A stretch of DNA of 64,000 nucleotides from Gammaproteobacteria bacterium (GTDB taxonomy: Bacteria; Pseudomonadota; Gammaproteobacteria; GCA-001735895). The stretch lies in NCBI GenBank assembly GCA_050288105.1, contig JBNKDE010000015.1:27496-91495 (forward strand). The letters run 5' to 3'. Within the stretch, counting starts at the first letter, position 1; every line of letters begins with the position of its first letter. The notes beneath the pieces are model-generated. The model was not told the origin of the DNA, searched no databases, and was given only the letters and a program-made list of their open reading frames with translations. Below, in pieces: positions 28,572-38,158 of the stretch. Position numbers and translations under genes: made by a program.

Positions 28572-29276
28572 TTAAACCTTGATGGCATTGCCAGGTTTTC
28601 TGGACAATAGCCATATACAAAACGACAATTCTGCAGCTAGCGGTATGATATAAACTGGCTCGATGGTTTCGGACCATTCCGGAAAAATAAATCGAACCGT
28701 GCTGCCAGTGAGATAAACCACTGCAGCAGCAATTAATCCGTAACCTATCCATCCAGGTATGAACACAGATTTTATAATGAGGTAGCCAATCAGAAGATTG
28801 GATACCCCAAAGAATATCAGTCCCAGATCATATCCATAACTGTGTAAATTCAGAAATAATGTCATCATTGAATCCAGCTCATGGTGATTTGCGTTGGCTG
28901 CATAACTTGAACCCGTCAATAACAGGATAGCTGCAACATAGGTAAGCAAGTTAACACTCAGGATTGAGGCTTGAATCAACCTGAATACGCTTGCAGCTAA
29001 CGATAGAAGATTATTCACCGGTTTGAATAAAGCATATAAAACAATTGCCAACGCAACATCACACAAGACCATGATCATATCTGCTGCAAACCCGGATCGA
29101 TAGAGCGACTGTGATGCCAGTATATTTTCTGCGGTAGCAATAGGATCATCCATTTCGATCAATGAGGCGCGAACAAAAAACTCCCCGTAAAGTCCCGATA
29201 AAATAATACACAGATAGAGTGCTCCGGCAATCCTTGCATACCGGGTTGAAGCATGGTCTTGAGCTGGAATGTTCAT
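28572..29276 (-). CDS. DUF4386-family membrane protein
   Basis: ARIAGALYL, D...TAENI, D..LA..LY..FKPV, GLIFFG, IP.WIG, E...IWLL. Confidence 0.85.
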   Translation of the reverse strand: MNIPAQDHASTRYARIAGALYLCIILSGLYGEFFVRASLIEMDDPIATAENILASQSLYRSGFAADMIMVLCDVALAIVLYALFKPVNNLLSLAASVFRLIQASILSVNLLTYVAAILLLTGSSYAANANHHELDSMMTLFLNLHSYGYDLGLIFFGVSNLLIGYLIIKSVFIPGWIGYGLIAAAVVYLTGSTVRFIFPEWSETIEPVYIIPLAAELSFCIWLLSRKPGNAIKV

Positions 29277-29300
29277 AAGTATCCTCCTATAAAGCGTTGG

Positions 29301-29927
29301 TTACAGGGTGATTACCATATCAGCATGGCTATAACGTACTTTAGGCTGGCTGGCACTAAGGTCTTCCGGATGTCTGACACCTAGAGTGCAGATTACACAG
29401 GACTCCAGCCCCATTTTATTTAGTCCAAGCACTTCATCGAAACCATCTCGCTCAAACCCGGTCATCGGGCAGGCATCGATTTGCATCATTGCGGCTGCAG
29501 TTAAAAAGGTACCGAGTGCAATATAGGTTTGTTCATGCGCCCATGTTTCCTGCTGTTGTGGTGATAAACCAGCCAGAAAACGTTTTATATGATCACCCAT
29601 ACCTGCAAACTCATCAATGGAGGTACTACGAACTTGCGCTAGCGATTCAATATATCGATCCACCATTTCATCTCCTACATTCTTTTGTGCTGCAAACACA
29701 ATCAGGTGTGAGCAATTCACTACCTTTTCCTGCCCCATTGAATATTCGAGCAGTTGCTTTCTCACATTCAGGTCGTTGACTACAACCAGACGGTAGGGCT
29801 GTAAGCCAAAGGCGCTTGCGCTCATACGTGCAGCAGTTAATAAATCATGAATCCTTTGATCATTCAGGCGTTCATCTGAAAACTGTTTTACGGCATATCG
29901 CCAGTTTAATGCTTGTATTACATTCAT
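29301..29927 (-). CDS. Nitroreductase family (NfsB-like) protein
   Basis: LNWRYAVKQF, SASAFGLQPY, IDACPMTGF, PKVR. Confidence 0.92.
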   Translation of the reverse strand: MNVIQALNWRYAVKQFSDERLNDQRIHDLLTAARMSASAFGLQPYRLVVVNDLNVRKQLLEYSMGQEKVVNCSHLIVFAAQKNVGDEMVDRYIESLAQVRSTSIDEFAGMGDHIKRFLAGLSPQQQETWAHEQTYIALGTFLTAAAMMQIDACPMTGFERDGFDEVLGLNKMGLESCVICTLGVRHPEDLSASQPKVRYSHADMVITL

Positions 29928-29937
29928 TATGATATCC

Positions 29938-30876
29938 TCATGCTTGCTTGGTTAATATGCTTTGCTGGCGACCGGCGTCAGCAGGTATAACGGTTGATAT
30001 ACGTGGTATACGATTGGTCAGCGTGGTTAGTAGAACTCCGCTAAAAATAAGTCCCATGCTAAACAGGTCCTGGTAGTCATACTGTTCATCCCAGATAACA
30101 ATACCTGCCAGCAGGGTCACTGCGGTAATGACATACCCCATCTGACTGAGATAAACCGGTCCGCCCACCTTCAAAAGTTTAAAGGTACTTAGATACGAGC
30201 CACCTGCTATAAAACCTAGCGCTGTTAACACCCCGCCAGTACTCAGGTTTGCTGGAATGGCATCAGAGAAATCGCTCCACAACAGATTGATCACTAGCAG
30301 GCACAGGCTCTGTACGGTTAGCATCCCGGTTACCAGTGACAGGGCATCGCTACCCGCAGGCCAGTAGTGGCTTCTATAAATATTACTGGCTGCAAGTGAT
30401 ACCGGAATACCTAGTGCAAGCAGCAGGTAACCCCAATTGTCCTGAAGATCGCCACCTTGCTGTGGAGTTGCCAGTAGCACTACGCCCCCTAAACCGATAC
30501 AAAGACCCAGTAAGCGTAACGGATGCCCCTGTTCCATACGCAGCAGTCTTGCAATGACATAGGTAATCATGGGTGAGAGAGCAGTCAAAAGGCCTACCGT
30601 ACCGACCTGCAATTGTTTCAATACGTTGAAGGCTAGTATGTAGGGAATACTGATACCCAGTAAACCACCGACCAGGTAGTAGCGAAGATGCTGAGTTTTC
30701 CAGGCAGGATAACTTCGGGTTGCCAGGGAAAAGATCCAGATCACCAGAGCGCCACCAGTCAATTGCCAGAACAGAATCAATAGAGGAGGAATGTCATCAT
30801 GACCAGCCTGTTTTCCTGCAATGAAAACACCTGCAGCGAGTGAACCGGATACCAGGAGAAGGAGAAGTGCTTTCAT
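29938..30876 (-). CDS. DMT/EamA-family transporter
   Basis: About 10 hydrophobic segments in two EamA repeats; GPVYLSQMGY. Confidence 0.85.
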   Translation of the reverse strand: MKALLLLLVSGSLAAGVFIAGKQAGHDDIPPLLILFWQLTGGALVIWIFSLATRSYPAWKTQHLRYYLVGGLLGISIPYILAFNVLKQLQVGTVGLLTALSPMITYVIARLLRMEQGHPLRLLGLCIGLGGVVLLATPQQGGDLQDNWGYLLLALGIPVSLAASNIYRSHYWPAGSDALSLVTGMLTVQSLCLLVINLLWSDFSDAIPANLSTGGVLTALGFIAGGSYLSTFKLLKVGGPVYLSQMGYVITAVTLLAGIVIWDEQYDYQDLFSMGLIFSGVLLTTLTNRIPRISTVIPADAGRQQSILTKQA

Positions 30877-31325
30877 TTTGATCCCTCCACCTGCAGGGTA
30901 TACGCAGTATCTCTAGTTTTTTTGACGATCTTAAAAGGCTGAGACAGTTCGATCACGTTACGATCCGGATCACGCAAAAAAATCGACGTGCTGCCATCAC
31001 CGAAAGTTACTGGGCCTTCGGTTATCGCGATTTGCAGATTGCGGATCTCAGACTCAGCCAGAGTAATATCACCGACCGCAAGCGCAAGATGTGTATACCC
31101 CGGGAATTTCTCACACACATCCATCAGGATATTACGCCCGCCGTTATCATCATCAGATGAATCGAGTAGATTTATTACTGCACCACTGGGATGTTTTAAT
31201 GCGCATACCCGCTCCTGCATATCCTCTCGGATTAACTCGAACCCCAGGTTGCGATAAAAGTAGATTGAACGCTTAAATTCCGCGACTCTTACACCCACAT
31301 GAGCAACACCCTTAATGTTATTCAT
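30873..31325 (-). CDS. VOC (glyoxalase/bleomycin-resistance/dioxygenase) family protein
   Basis: HVGVRV...FY..LGF, GYTHLAL, FLRDPDRNVIEL. Confidence 0.9.
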   Translation of the reverse strand: MNNIKGVAHVGVRVAEFKRSIYFYRNLGFELIREDMQERVCALKHPSGAVINLLDSSDDDNGGRNILMDVCEKFPGYTHLALAVGDITLAESEIRNLQIAITEGPVTFGDGSTSIFLRDPDRNVIELSQPFKIVKKTRDTAYTLQVEGSK

Positions 31326-32341
31326 GATGCATCTCCTTTTCCGCTGGCAGCAATGGGAATCGCAATAGGGCGAATCGGTGCAGCATCAGAACCGCGCAGT
31401 TTCAACGAACCCCCAATAAAAGCGAATTCGTAAATCTGGTCACGTGACAGTTCTTCGAGATACACCAGTTCCAGAATGGGTGCTCCCTGCTCAGCGAGAA
31501 GGTAGCTATGTACAGGTACATAGTTGTCTTCGACCTCTGAAGGAAAAGCTTCAAAGCTGAGGTTGTCCGCACCCACGATCATGGCACCACTTTCTTCAAT
31601 GAGAAAACGTGCCGCAGCGAGCCCCATACCGGGTGGGTTTTGCATATAGGCCGATGCATCTTCATACGCCTTCATACGACCAGTACGGATCAATACCACA
31701 TCGCCGCTTTGCAGCGTGACCTGCTGCTGATTTAGCGTATCCACCAGGTCCTTACGTGTTACACGGTACCCATCGGGTAGCATATTCACACCTTTAGCTG
31801 CAGCCACATCGATAAGTACACCACGTGCAATAATCGGTGGAATATTCTCTGCTCCCGCTACCTGCCATCCACGGTCGCCCAGATATTCAGAAGCCTTGTA
31901 GCCGTTCCAGATTTCACCGTTGAGGCCGAAGTGGTTTAGTGCATCGATGTGTGTCCCCATATGTGTGTAAAGTGAAACAGCGGCCCCGGTATAACTGACA
32001 TGCTCATTCATCTTTTCGCCGAGTGCCAGAGGGTCATCGACAGCCGTACCATGTGGCGTATGGGTCATCCAGATGCGGTAGTGAGGGTCTCCAGCTGCCT
32101 GCCAACTAGGCATGCCAATGAAGTATTCCACTGACAGATCATAATTGGTTCCAGCTCGGATCTGAGATAGCACTTTTTGTTGAGATTCCACTGTCATCAG
32201 GTTAAGTCGACCGATTTCGTCGTTTGCGCCCCAGGGGCTCTTACCCACCTCGGTACCCGATGCCATAGCTATGGAACCCTGCAACAGCGATAATGCCAGA
32301 GCTAGTTGACTGATTTTATGTTTGAACAATTTATTCATCAT
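31322..32341 (-). CDS. Secreted cyclase-family (kynurenine formamidase/isatin hydrolase-like) metallohydrolase
   Basis: Signal peptide; SPWG..DEIGRLN, HMGTHIDA (HxGTHxD), RGVLID, GDVVLIRTG, GAD, PVH. Confidence 0.88.
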   Translation of the reverse strand: MMNKLFKHKISQLALALSLLQGSIAMASGTEVGKSPWGANDEIGRLNLMTVESQQKVLSQIRAGTNYDLSVEYFIGMPSWQAAGDPHYRIWMTHTPHGTAVDDPLALGEKMNEHVSYTGAAVSLYTHMGTHIDALNHFGLNGEIWNGYKASEYLGDRGWQVAGAENIPPIIARGVLIDVAAAKGVNMLPDGYRVTRKDLVDTLNQQQVTLQSGDVVLIRTGRMKAYEDASAYMQNPPGMGLAAARFLIEESGAMIVGADNLSFEAFPSEVEDNYVPVHSYLLAEQGAPILELVYLEELSRDQIYEFAFIGGSLKLRGSDAAPIRPIAIPIAASGKGDAS

Positions 32342-32484
32342 ATTTCTCCTGTTTTCATCATGAGTTGTTAACTAATAGGCTGGTCTAACAGCCTTGAAGA
32401 AAAGCTTAATGGAGTTAGAATTGTTAATAATCGTGCTTTTATGAATAACACTGTTCACAAATATTTAATAATAGGTGTCAACTT

Positions 32485-33387
32485 ATGGATAATCTTTCGG
32501 ACATTTTTGTTTTTGTGCAGGTAGTCGATAGTGGCAGCTTCACTGCCGCAGCTGAGCGTTTGAAGTTGTCGAAGTCCGTGATCAGCAAATATGTCACACG
32601 CCTAGAAGGTCAGCTTGGTGCTCGCCTGCTAAACCGAACTACACGGCGCCTAAGCCTGACGGAAGCCGGACGCATCCTCTACCAACGCAGCCAGAAAGGT
32701 TTGAGACTTATAGAAGATGTCCAGTCAGAGATCTCGCAATTGCAACAGGCACCTAGAGGAGAGCTTCGTTTGAATACTCCTATGTCTTTCGGGATTAAAC
32801 ACATCGCTCCGTCATTGGGCGAGTTCATCGCTCGGTATCCGGAAATGACGGTGGACATGAGCCTTGATGATCGGCAACTTGACCTTGTTGAGGAAGGTTT
32901 TGACCTTGCGATCCGGATAGCCGAACTTCCTGATTCGAGCCTGGTTGCGCGACGTCTTTCAAGTTGTCGACACGTTGTTTGCGCCTCTCAGGAATATCTT
33001 GACCGTTATGGAGAGCCCGCGACATTAGAGGACCTGAGCAAACACCAGATTCTGGCCTATCGTTATCAGGACTCACCAAATGAATGGCGCTTCATGACCC
33101 CAGATAAACGCTATGTATCAACGGTGGTGAAAGGAGCAATACAGATGAACAATAGTCTGGCGTTACGCGAGGCCGTTTTACAGGGCGCAGGAATCATGTT
33201 AACGCCGACTTTTGTGGTGGGTGACGATATCAAGACCGGCAGATTGAAACAATTACTGGTCGGATATAAGCCTCCAGAGATATCTATTTACGCCGTCTAT
33301 CCCGAGCGTCGTTTCCTGTCGCCCAAGATCAGAGCATTCATTGATTTCTTTAAACAGAGGCTATCTGATCCACCTTACTGGGACTAA
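32485..33387 (+). CDS. LysR-family transcriptional regulator (CrgA/DmlR type)
   Basis: GSFTAAA...LE..LGARLLNRTTRRLSLTEAG; DLVEEGFDLAIRI; divergent from the cyclase operon. Confidence 0.95.
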   Translation: MDNLSDIFVFVQVVDSGSFTAAAERLKLSKSVISKYVTRLEGQLGARLLNRTTRRLSLTEAGRILYQRSQKGLRLIEDVQSEISQLQQAPRGELRLNTPMSFGIKHIAPSLGEFIARYPEMTVDMSLDDRQLDLVEEGFDLAIRIAELPDSSLVARRLSSCRHVVCASQEYLDRYGEPATLEDLSKHQILAYRYQDSPNEWRFMTPDKRYVSTVVKGAIQMNNSLALREAVLQGAGIMLTPTFVVGDDIKTGRLKQLLVGYKPPEISIYAVYPERRFLSPKIRAFIDFFKQRLSDPPYWD

Positions 33388-33641
33388 GCAATGGCAGCTT
33401 ATGGCAGCAACTTTCCTTTTTGCACCGCATAACGCGAATGACCACCATACCAACCTATTGGACAATGCCTTCAACATGTGAGGAATGACGACAGAGGGGC
33501 TATAGGGTGAGTTCATCATGACCTGGAATTGTGTACCTGAACCACGCATTTGTAATGGGGGCGGTTAAGTCAACCCAGAAACTGGAATTCTGGGTTGGAA
33601 AAGAAAGATCAATGCTTTTCAGCATGGGTTTGAGGATTACC

Positions 33642-33669
33642 AAAAAAAGCCCCTCAAAAGAGGGGCTTT
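33642..33669. terminator. Rho-independent terminator of the hppA operon (possibly bidirectional)
   Basis: AAAAAAAGCCCCTC-aaaa-GAGGGGCTTT, 4 bp after the stop at 33674. Confidence 0.85.
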
Positions 33670-33673
33670 GTAG

Positions 33674-33991
33674 TTATATGTCCTTTTCAAATTCCACATC
33701 AGGCTCATGCATGTACTCTGGCCCGTATTCAGAAAATTTGATCAGGCGCATGGCACGTTGACCGTCAAAGTCGATAACCCTGAGGTCGTCAGTTTCGTGT
33801 AGATCCTGCGAAGCAATCAGGTAATGATTACCGTAACGCTCCTTTACCACATCCAGAGGGATCTCATGTGCGATGAATTTAAAGATCCCTTTGGCAGCCA
33901 GTTTCTCCAGAAAAATACGGTCTTCCACCGAGGAGTGCGAGCTCAGCACCAGGATGGGTCCCGTACCGGTAAAAAGTAGAAATGTTTTCAT
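33674..33991 (-). CDS. Small hypothetical cytosolic protein (105 aa)
   Basis: ATG 33991 with AGGAGAAAGG RBS, 10 bp after the hppA stop; [16 protein letters not shown]...[12 protein letters not shown]...RYG.HY...[10 protein letters not shown]. Confidence 0.7.
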   Translation of the reverse strand: MKTFLLFTGTGPILVLSSHSSVEDRIFLEKLAAKGIFKFIAHEIPLDVVKERYGNHYLIASQDLHETDDLRVIDFDGQRAMRLIKFSEYGPEYMHEPDVEFEKDI

Positions 33992-34001
33992 GTCCTTTCT
34001 C

Positions 34002-36002
34002 CTATAGTAAAGGTGCAATAACCAGGCTGACGATGGCCATGACATTGATCAGAATGTTCATCGCTGGACCTGAGGTGTCCTTGAAGGGGTCACCTACTGT
34101 ATCTCCGACTACCGCTGCTTTATGACTGTCTGAGCCCTTGCCGCCGTGATTGCCTTTCTCAATGTATTTCTTGGCGTTATCCCAGGCACCGCCGGCATTC
34201 GCCATAGTCAGGGCGAGTAATACACAGGCTAGCAATGCACCGCCTAGCATACCACCTAAGCTGGCTGGACCCAGTCCAAAACCCACCAGGAAGGGCATGC
34301 CGACTGCAATGACACCAGGTACTATCATACGCTTAAGAGCAGCAGTGGTGGCAATATCGACACAGCTGGCTGTATCAGGGTCGGCCTTGCCTTCCAGCAG
34401 GCCGGGAATCTCGCGAAACTGACGGCGGATTTCCTTGATCATATCAAATGCAGCATCGCCAACCGCATTCATCGTGATGGAGGCTATCAGGAAAGGAATT
34501 AGACCCCCGATAAACATCCCGATCAGCACAGCGGGGGAGGATAACTCGAGTGAAAAACCAGGGTTATGGGCCAGAACCGTTTGACCAAAGGCAGATATGA
34601 TGGCCAGCGCAGCCAGTGCTGCCGCACCTATGGCGAAGCCTTTGCCGATTGCAGCAGTGGTGTTACCCAGCTCATCCAGAGAATCGGTGATCTTACGGGT
34701 GTCTTCACCCAGTCCACCCATTTCGGCGATACCACCCGCGTTGTCCGCGACCGGGCCGTAGGCGTCAATAGCCATGGTAATACCTACGGTAGACAGCATG
34801 CCAACCGCAGCGATACCCACACCATACAGTCCAGCCAGTTCGGTAGACACCCAGATGATGCCGCAGATTGACAGCATGGGAATGACTACCGATTCCATTC
34901 CGATTGCCAGACCGCTAATCATGACCGTTGCCGGGCCGGTATCACCGGCAGCTGCGATGGTCTCTACAGGTTTTCCAGCGGTGTAATATTCGGTAATCAG
35001 GCCGATAATCATGCCACCAATCGCACCACTCAATACGGATGCCCAGACCTTCCAGGTGATATCCATAGAAGTCACCAGCAAGAGAGCGGTGATGATAAAG
35101 ATGATGGTGGCTCCAATGGTGCCAGAGCGCAGTGCAACTTCTGGTGCTTTACTGGAGAACTTTTTAACGATGAATATTCCCACCATGGAACATAGAATAC
35201 CGAGCGACGCCAGTGCCAGAGGTAAAAACATCAGGTTGTCCTGATTGCCGCCTAGAGCATCCAGTGCAGCAGCTGACATGGTTGCTGCCATGGCAATGGT
35301 AGCGATCATCGCGCCACAGTAGGATTCAAAGATATCTGAACCCATACCGGCGACATCGCCTACATTATCACCTACGTTATCAGCGATAACACCCGGGTTT
35401 CTGGGGTCATCTTCTGGGATTCCGGCTTCGATTTTACCTACCAGATCAGCGCCCACATCTGCTGATTTGGTAAAGATACCACCACCTACGCGTGAAAAAA
35501 GAGCCACAGTTGAAGCGCCCATACCAAAACCTTCGATAGCGTGTATACCATGCAGATCACCGGCAAGGAAGTAGTACAGAGTACCTAGACCAATCAATCC
35601 CAGTGAGGCAACGGCCAGCCCCATGATAGAACCACCAAAGAAGGCTATGGTTAATGCCTGTGCTGCGCCATCCTCGTGTGCTGCCGTGGTGGTACGGACA
35701 TTGGCCTTGGTGGCGGTGTACATACCAATGAAACCGGCAACCCCCGAGGAAACTGCACCAACAATAAAGGAGATCGCGGTGAGGTGCCCCAGTAGTGCCC
35801 AGAGAATGATGATCAGGGCTAAAGAAAACATGGCTAGCATTTTGTATTCGCGAGCCATGAAGACCATCGCGCCAATATGGATTTCATGCCCAATTTTGGC
35901 AATTTTTTCTTCGCCTTCGCTGTAGCGCATAATAATTTTAAAAATAAAAAATGCGGCTACCAGACCCAGTATTCCAAGTGCAGGTGGTATCAAATGTGTC
36001 AT
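34002..36002 (-). CDS. hppA: K+-dependent membrane-bound (probably Na+-translocating) pyrophosphatase
   Basis: [58 protein letters not shown] (Ala = K+-dependent), [14 protein letters not shown]. Confidence 0.93.
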   Translation of the reverse strand: MTHLIPPALGILGLVAAFFIFKIIMRYSEGEEKIAKIGHEIHIGAMVFMAREYKMLAMFSLALIIILWALLGHLTAISFIVGAVSSGVAGFIGMYTATKANVRTTTAAHEDGAAQALTIAFFGGSIMGLAVASLGLIGLGTLYYFLAGDLHGIHAIEGFGMGASTVALFSRVGGGIFTKSADVGADLVGKIEAGIPEDDPRNPGVIADNVGDNVGDVAGMGSDIFESYCGAMIATIAMAATMSAAALDALGGNQDNLMFLPLALASLGILCSMVGIFIVKKFSSKAPEVALRSGTIGATIIFIITALLLVTSMDITWKVWASVLSGAIGGMIIGLITEYYTAGKPVETIAAAGDTGPATVMISGLAIGMESVVIPMLSICGIIWVSTELAGLYGVGIAAVGMLSTVGITMAIDAYGPVADNAGGIAEMGGLGEDTRKITDSLDELGNTTAAIGKGFAIGAAALAALAIISAFGQTVLAHNPGFSLELSSPAVLIGMFIGGLIPFLIASITMNAVGDAAFDMIKEIRRQFREIPGLLEGKADPDTASCVDIATTAALKRMIVPGVIAVGMPFLVGFGLGPASLGGMLGGALLACVLLALTMANAGGAWDNAKKYIEKGNHGGKGSDSHKAAVVGDTVGDPFKDTSGPAMNILINVMAIVSLVIAPLL

Positions 36003-36159
36003 GCAACTGTTCCCCTTAGTGAACGCATAAAGTGATTAAAAACTTCACTGAAAACCGTGTGAAGTTTGGTTCTGAAAAGTAAAAGTACCTGTTGATTAAA
36101 CGGTTTTTATTGGCTCAGGTGATGTTCGCCTGTTATTAGGTTAGTCAATAGGCGCATCG

Positions 36160-36187
36160 ATTATAGTTATTAACACTATAGGGGCAA
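36160..36187 (-). promoter_or_regulatory. Probable sigma70 promoter for hppA (TTGCCC-N16-TATAAT)
   Basis: Minus-strand TATAAT at 36165-36160 followed by CGATGCGCC; -35-like TTGCCC at 36187-36182. Confidence 0.5.
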
Positions 36188-36478
36188 GGATGATGCCCTG
36201 GCTGAAATGTCGCGAAAATTAGCTGTGGTAAAAGGGGGCAAATTGAATTCGATCGATTAGATAAACTGGCATGGGTCGAGGCTTTTTAAATCAGCAGCGG
36301 TTTTTTATAAGTAATTGATATAAAAGGATTAATTTGATTTTGTTTTATATTTTTGTTCTATCCATATTAGCGCCAGGTATAACAATATCGGCTATTGAAA
36401 TACTCAGTATTAACATTCATCAGGATTAGATTTGCTGGGAATGGTTTGTGCTCCGGATAAGCCAGACCCAGGTCAGCG

Positions 36479-37261
36479 TTATTGGCCTAATGAAATCGTC
36501 GAAGTGATGTTGAACAGTATCAGGTCAATCTGTGTATTGCTGTTGATCTGGCTGAAATCTACCGTATCAAACCATTCATGATAGGGTAGTTGCAGGGTGA
36601 CGCTGTCGTTGAGCTGGCTACTGTTCAATTGCATCGGTAGTGCAAACAGGCGTTTTGCCGGCAGCAGGCTTTTACCGCTATCAATCTCGAACGCAATCCA
36701 GTCGATGCCATTCGCGGCCAGGTATTCTCCCTGTATATAGAAAGACAGGCCAACCATGTCTGGAGACAGGGGCAGATTCTGTGTATCAGCATCGGCCTTT
36801 ATTAGCTCGGTGGTGAGCCCACAATAGCTGTTGGCCGGTGGCGCTATCGACCCCAGCGCGATGGTCTGTGAATCTGCCCCGTTTAAATTGATCACATGCG
36901 GCACCCCCAGTGTAAGAGGATTGGCTACAGCATGTGCATGAGCACTACCGATAAACCAGTCCAGCCAGGGTGCTGCAGAGGTAAAGCTGGGATCAGAGCA
37001 GTCACTCTCCAGTGTCAGGCTCCATAACACCAGATAGCCGGCATTGATACGAATAGAGGTGCCTTCGCTATTATCAAACTGTTTGATACCTGCGGACTGA
37101 GGCTGGGGCTGTCCCGCACCATCCTGTGGTGGCTTTAATTCAACGCTGAAGGTTACACTGGTACCTTCGCTGCTGGTGCTGCCTCCGCCGCCACAGCCGG
37201 ATGTCAGTGATATCAGTGCTAATATAACCAGGGTGCTAATTAGACGACGATCAAAAATCAT
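36479..37261 (-). CDS. Hypothetical lipoprotein (mbnPH-cluster associated)
   Basis: Lipobox LTSGC-GGGG; C...WLDWFIGSAHAHA motif; overlaps the upstream gene by 11 bp. Confidence 0.7.
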   Translation of the reverse strand: MIFDRRLISTLVILALISLTSGCGGGGSTSSEGTSVTFSVELKPPQDGAGQPQPQSAGIKQFDNSEGTSIRINAGYLVLWSLTLESDCSDPSFTSAAPWLDWFIGSAHAHAVANPLTLGVPHVINLNGADSQTIALGSIAPPANSYCGLTTELIKADADTQNLPLSPDMVGLSFYIQGEYLAANGIDWIAFEIDSGKSLLPAKRLFALPMQLNSSQLNDSVTLQLPYHEWFDTVDFSQINSNTQIDLILFNITSTISLGQ

Positions 37262-38150
37262 AGGTCAGTCCTATCCTGTAAAGGTTTTTTTCTTCCTGCT
37301 CGCCATTCAGGTTATCGATGGCAGGATACTGGATACCCGTGTTGAGAATTAAATCTGGTGCCAGAGTGAGTACAATGCCGGGTGATACAAAGGCGATAAA
37401 TCCACCCGAGTTGTCTTCACGAATACCGGCATAACTGTTGCGTCCGCTCCAGCGCAGGTCGGCACCCAGTTTGAGTGCAACGCTGTAGTTGATTGCGTAT
37501 TGCAAAGTTGAGGAAAGCTTTAACGATGAACCATAGTCAAATTCACCATAGCCTTCATCCAGGCCAATATTTAACTGTGCGCTGCTATACACCATCCAGG
37601 GAAAATTAAAAAATCCATGCCAGATACCGGCACTGGCGAGCCATAGTCCTCCGCCGGGCTGAACATCTGGATCGAGCGCAACAGCTGCCTGGGTTTCTTC
37701 ATCCGCCAGCGGTATGCGTAGCCCGCCCTGTAAACCGATCAGATGTCGTGGGCGGTGAGGCTGATCCTGCCACAGGTAGTAGCGTACATCGACATCGACA
37801 TCTCCAATGGCATCAGTGCTCTGTTGCGACAGGTTGCTCTGCGTCAGCTGTTTACTGGTGAAGGGTATTCTTACCCCTACAGCCCAGCGTTCGGCTGGCC
37901 AGTAACTGATACCCAGTGTGGTGCGTTGCTCATCCAGTTGTGTGCGGTCGATACCACTGATACCGCTGACTTCACTGCGATCAAGATAATCGACTGAAAA
38001 TCGCAGGCGACCGGTATAGGGTTTTTCTGCGCCCATCGTGGTCAGGGTAGGATCACCACACAGACAGGTAGAACAGGAAATTGCAGGCGTGCTCACTAAG
38101 GTCAGTACCAGCGCCAACAATGGAGCCAGAGTAAATCTGATGTTCATCAT
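37251..38150 (-). CDS. Putative outer-membrane beta-barrel ('transporter'/MetA-pathway-like) with N-terminal CxxCxC
   Basis: Signal peptide then CSTCLCGD; GDVDVDVRY, G.RIP.A, alternating beta-strands; terminal YDF aromatic residue. Start at ATG 38150. Confidence 0.7.
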   Translation of the reverse strand: MMNIRFTLAPLLALVLTLVSTPAISCSTCLCGDPTLTTMGAEKPYTGRLRFSVDYLDRSEVSGISGIDRTQLDEQRTTLGISYWPAERWAVGVRIPFTSKQLTQSNLSQQSTDAIGDVDVDVRYYLWQDQPHRPRHLIGLQGGLRIPLADEETQAAVALDPDVQPGGGLWLASAGIWHGFFNFPWMVYSSAQLNIGLDEGYGEFDYGSSLKLSSTLQYAINYSVALKLGADLRWSGRNSYAGIREDNSGGFIAFVSPGIVLTLAPDLILNTGIQYPAIDNLNGEQEEKNLYRIGLTYDF

Positions 38151-38158
38151 CGCGCTTC

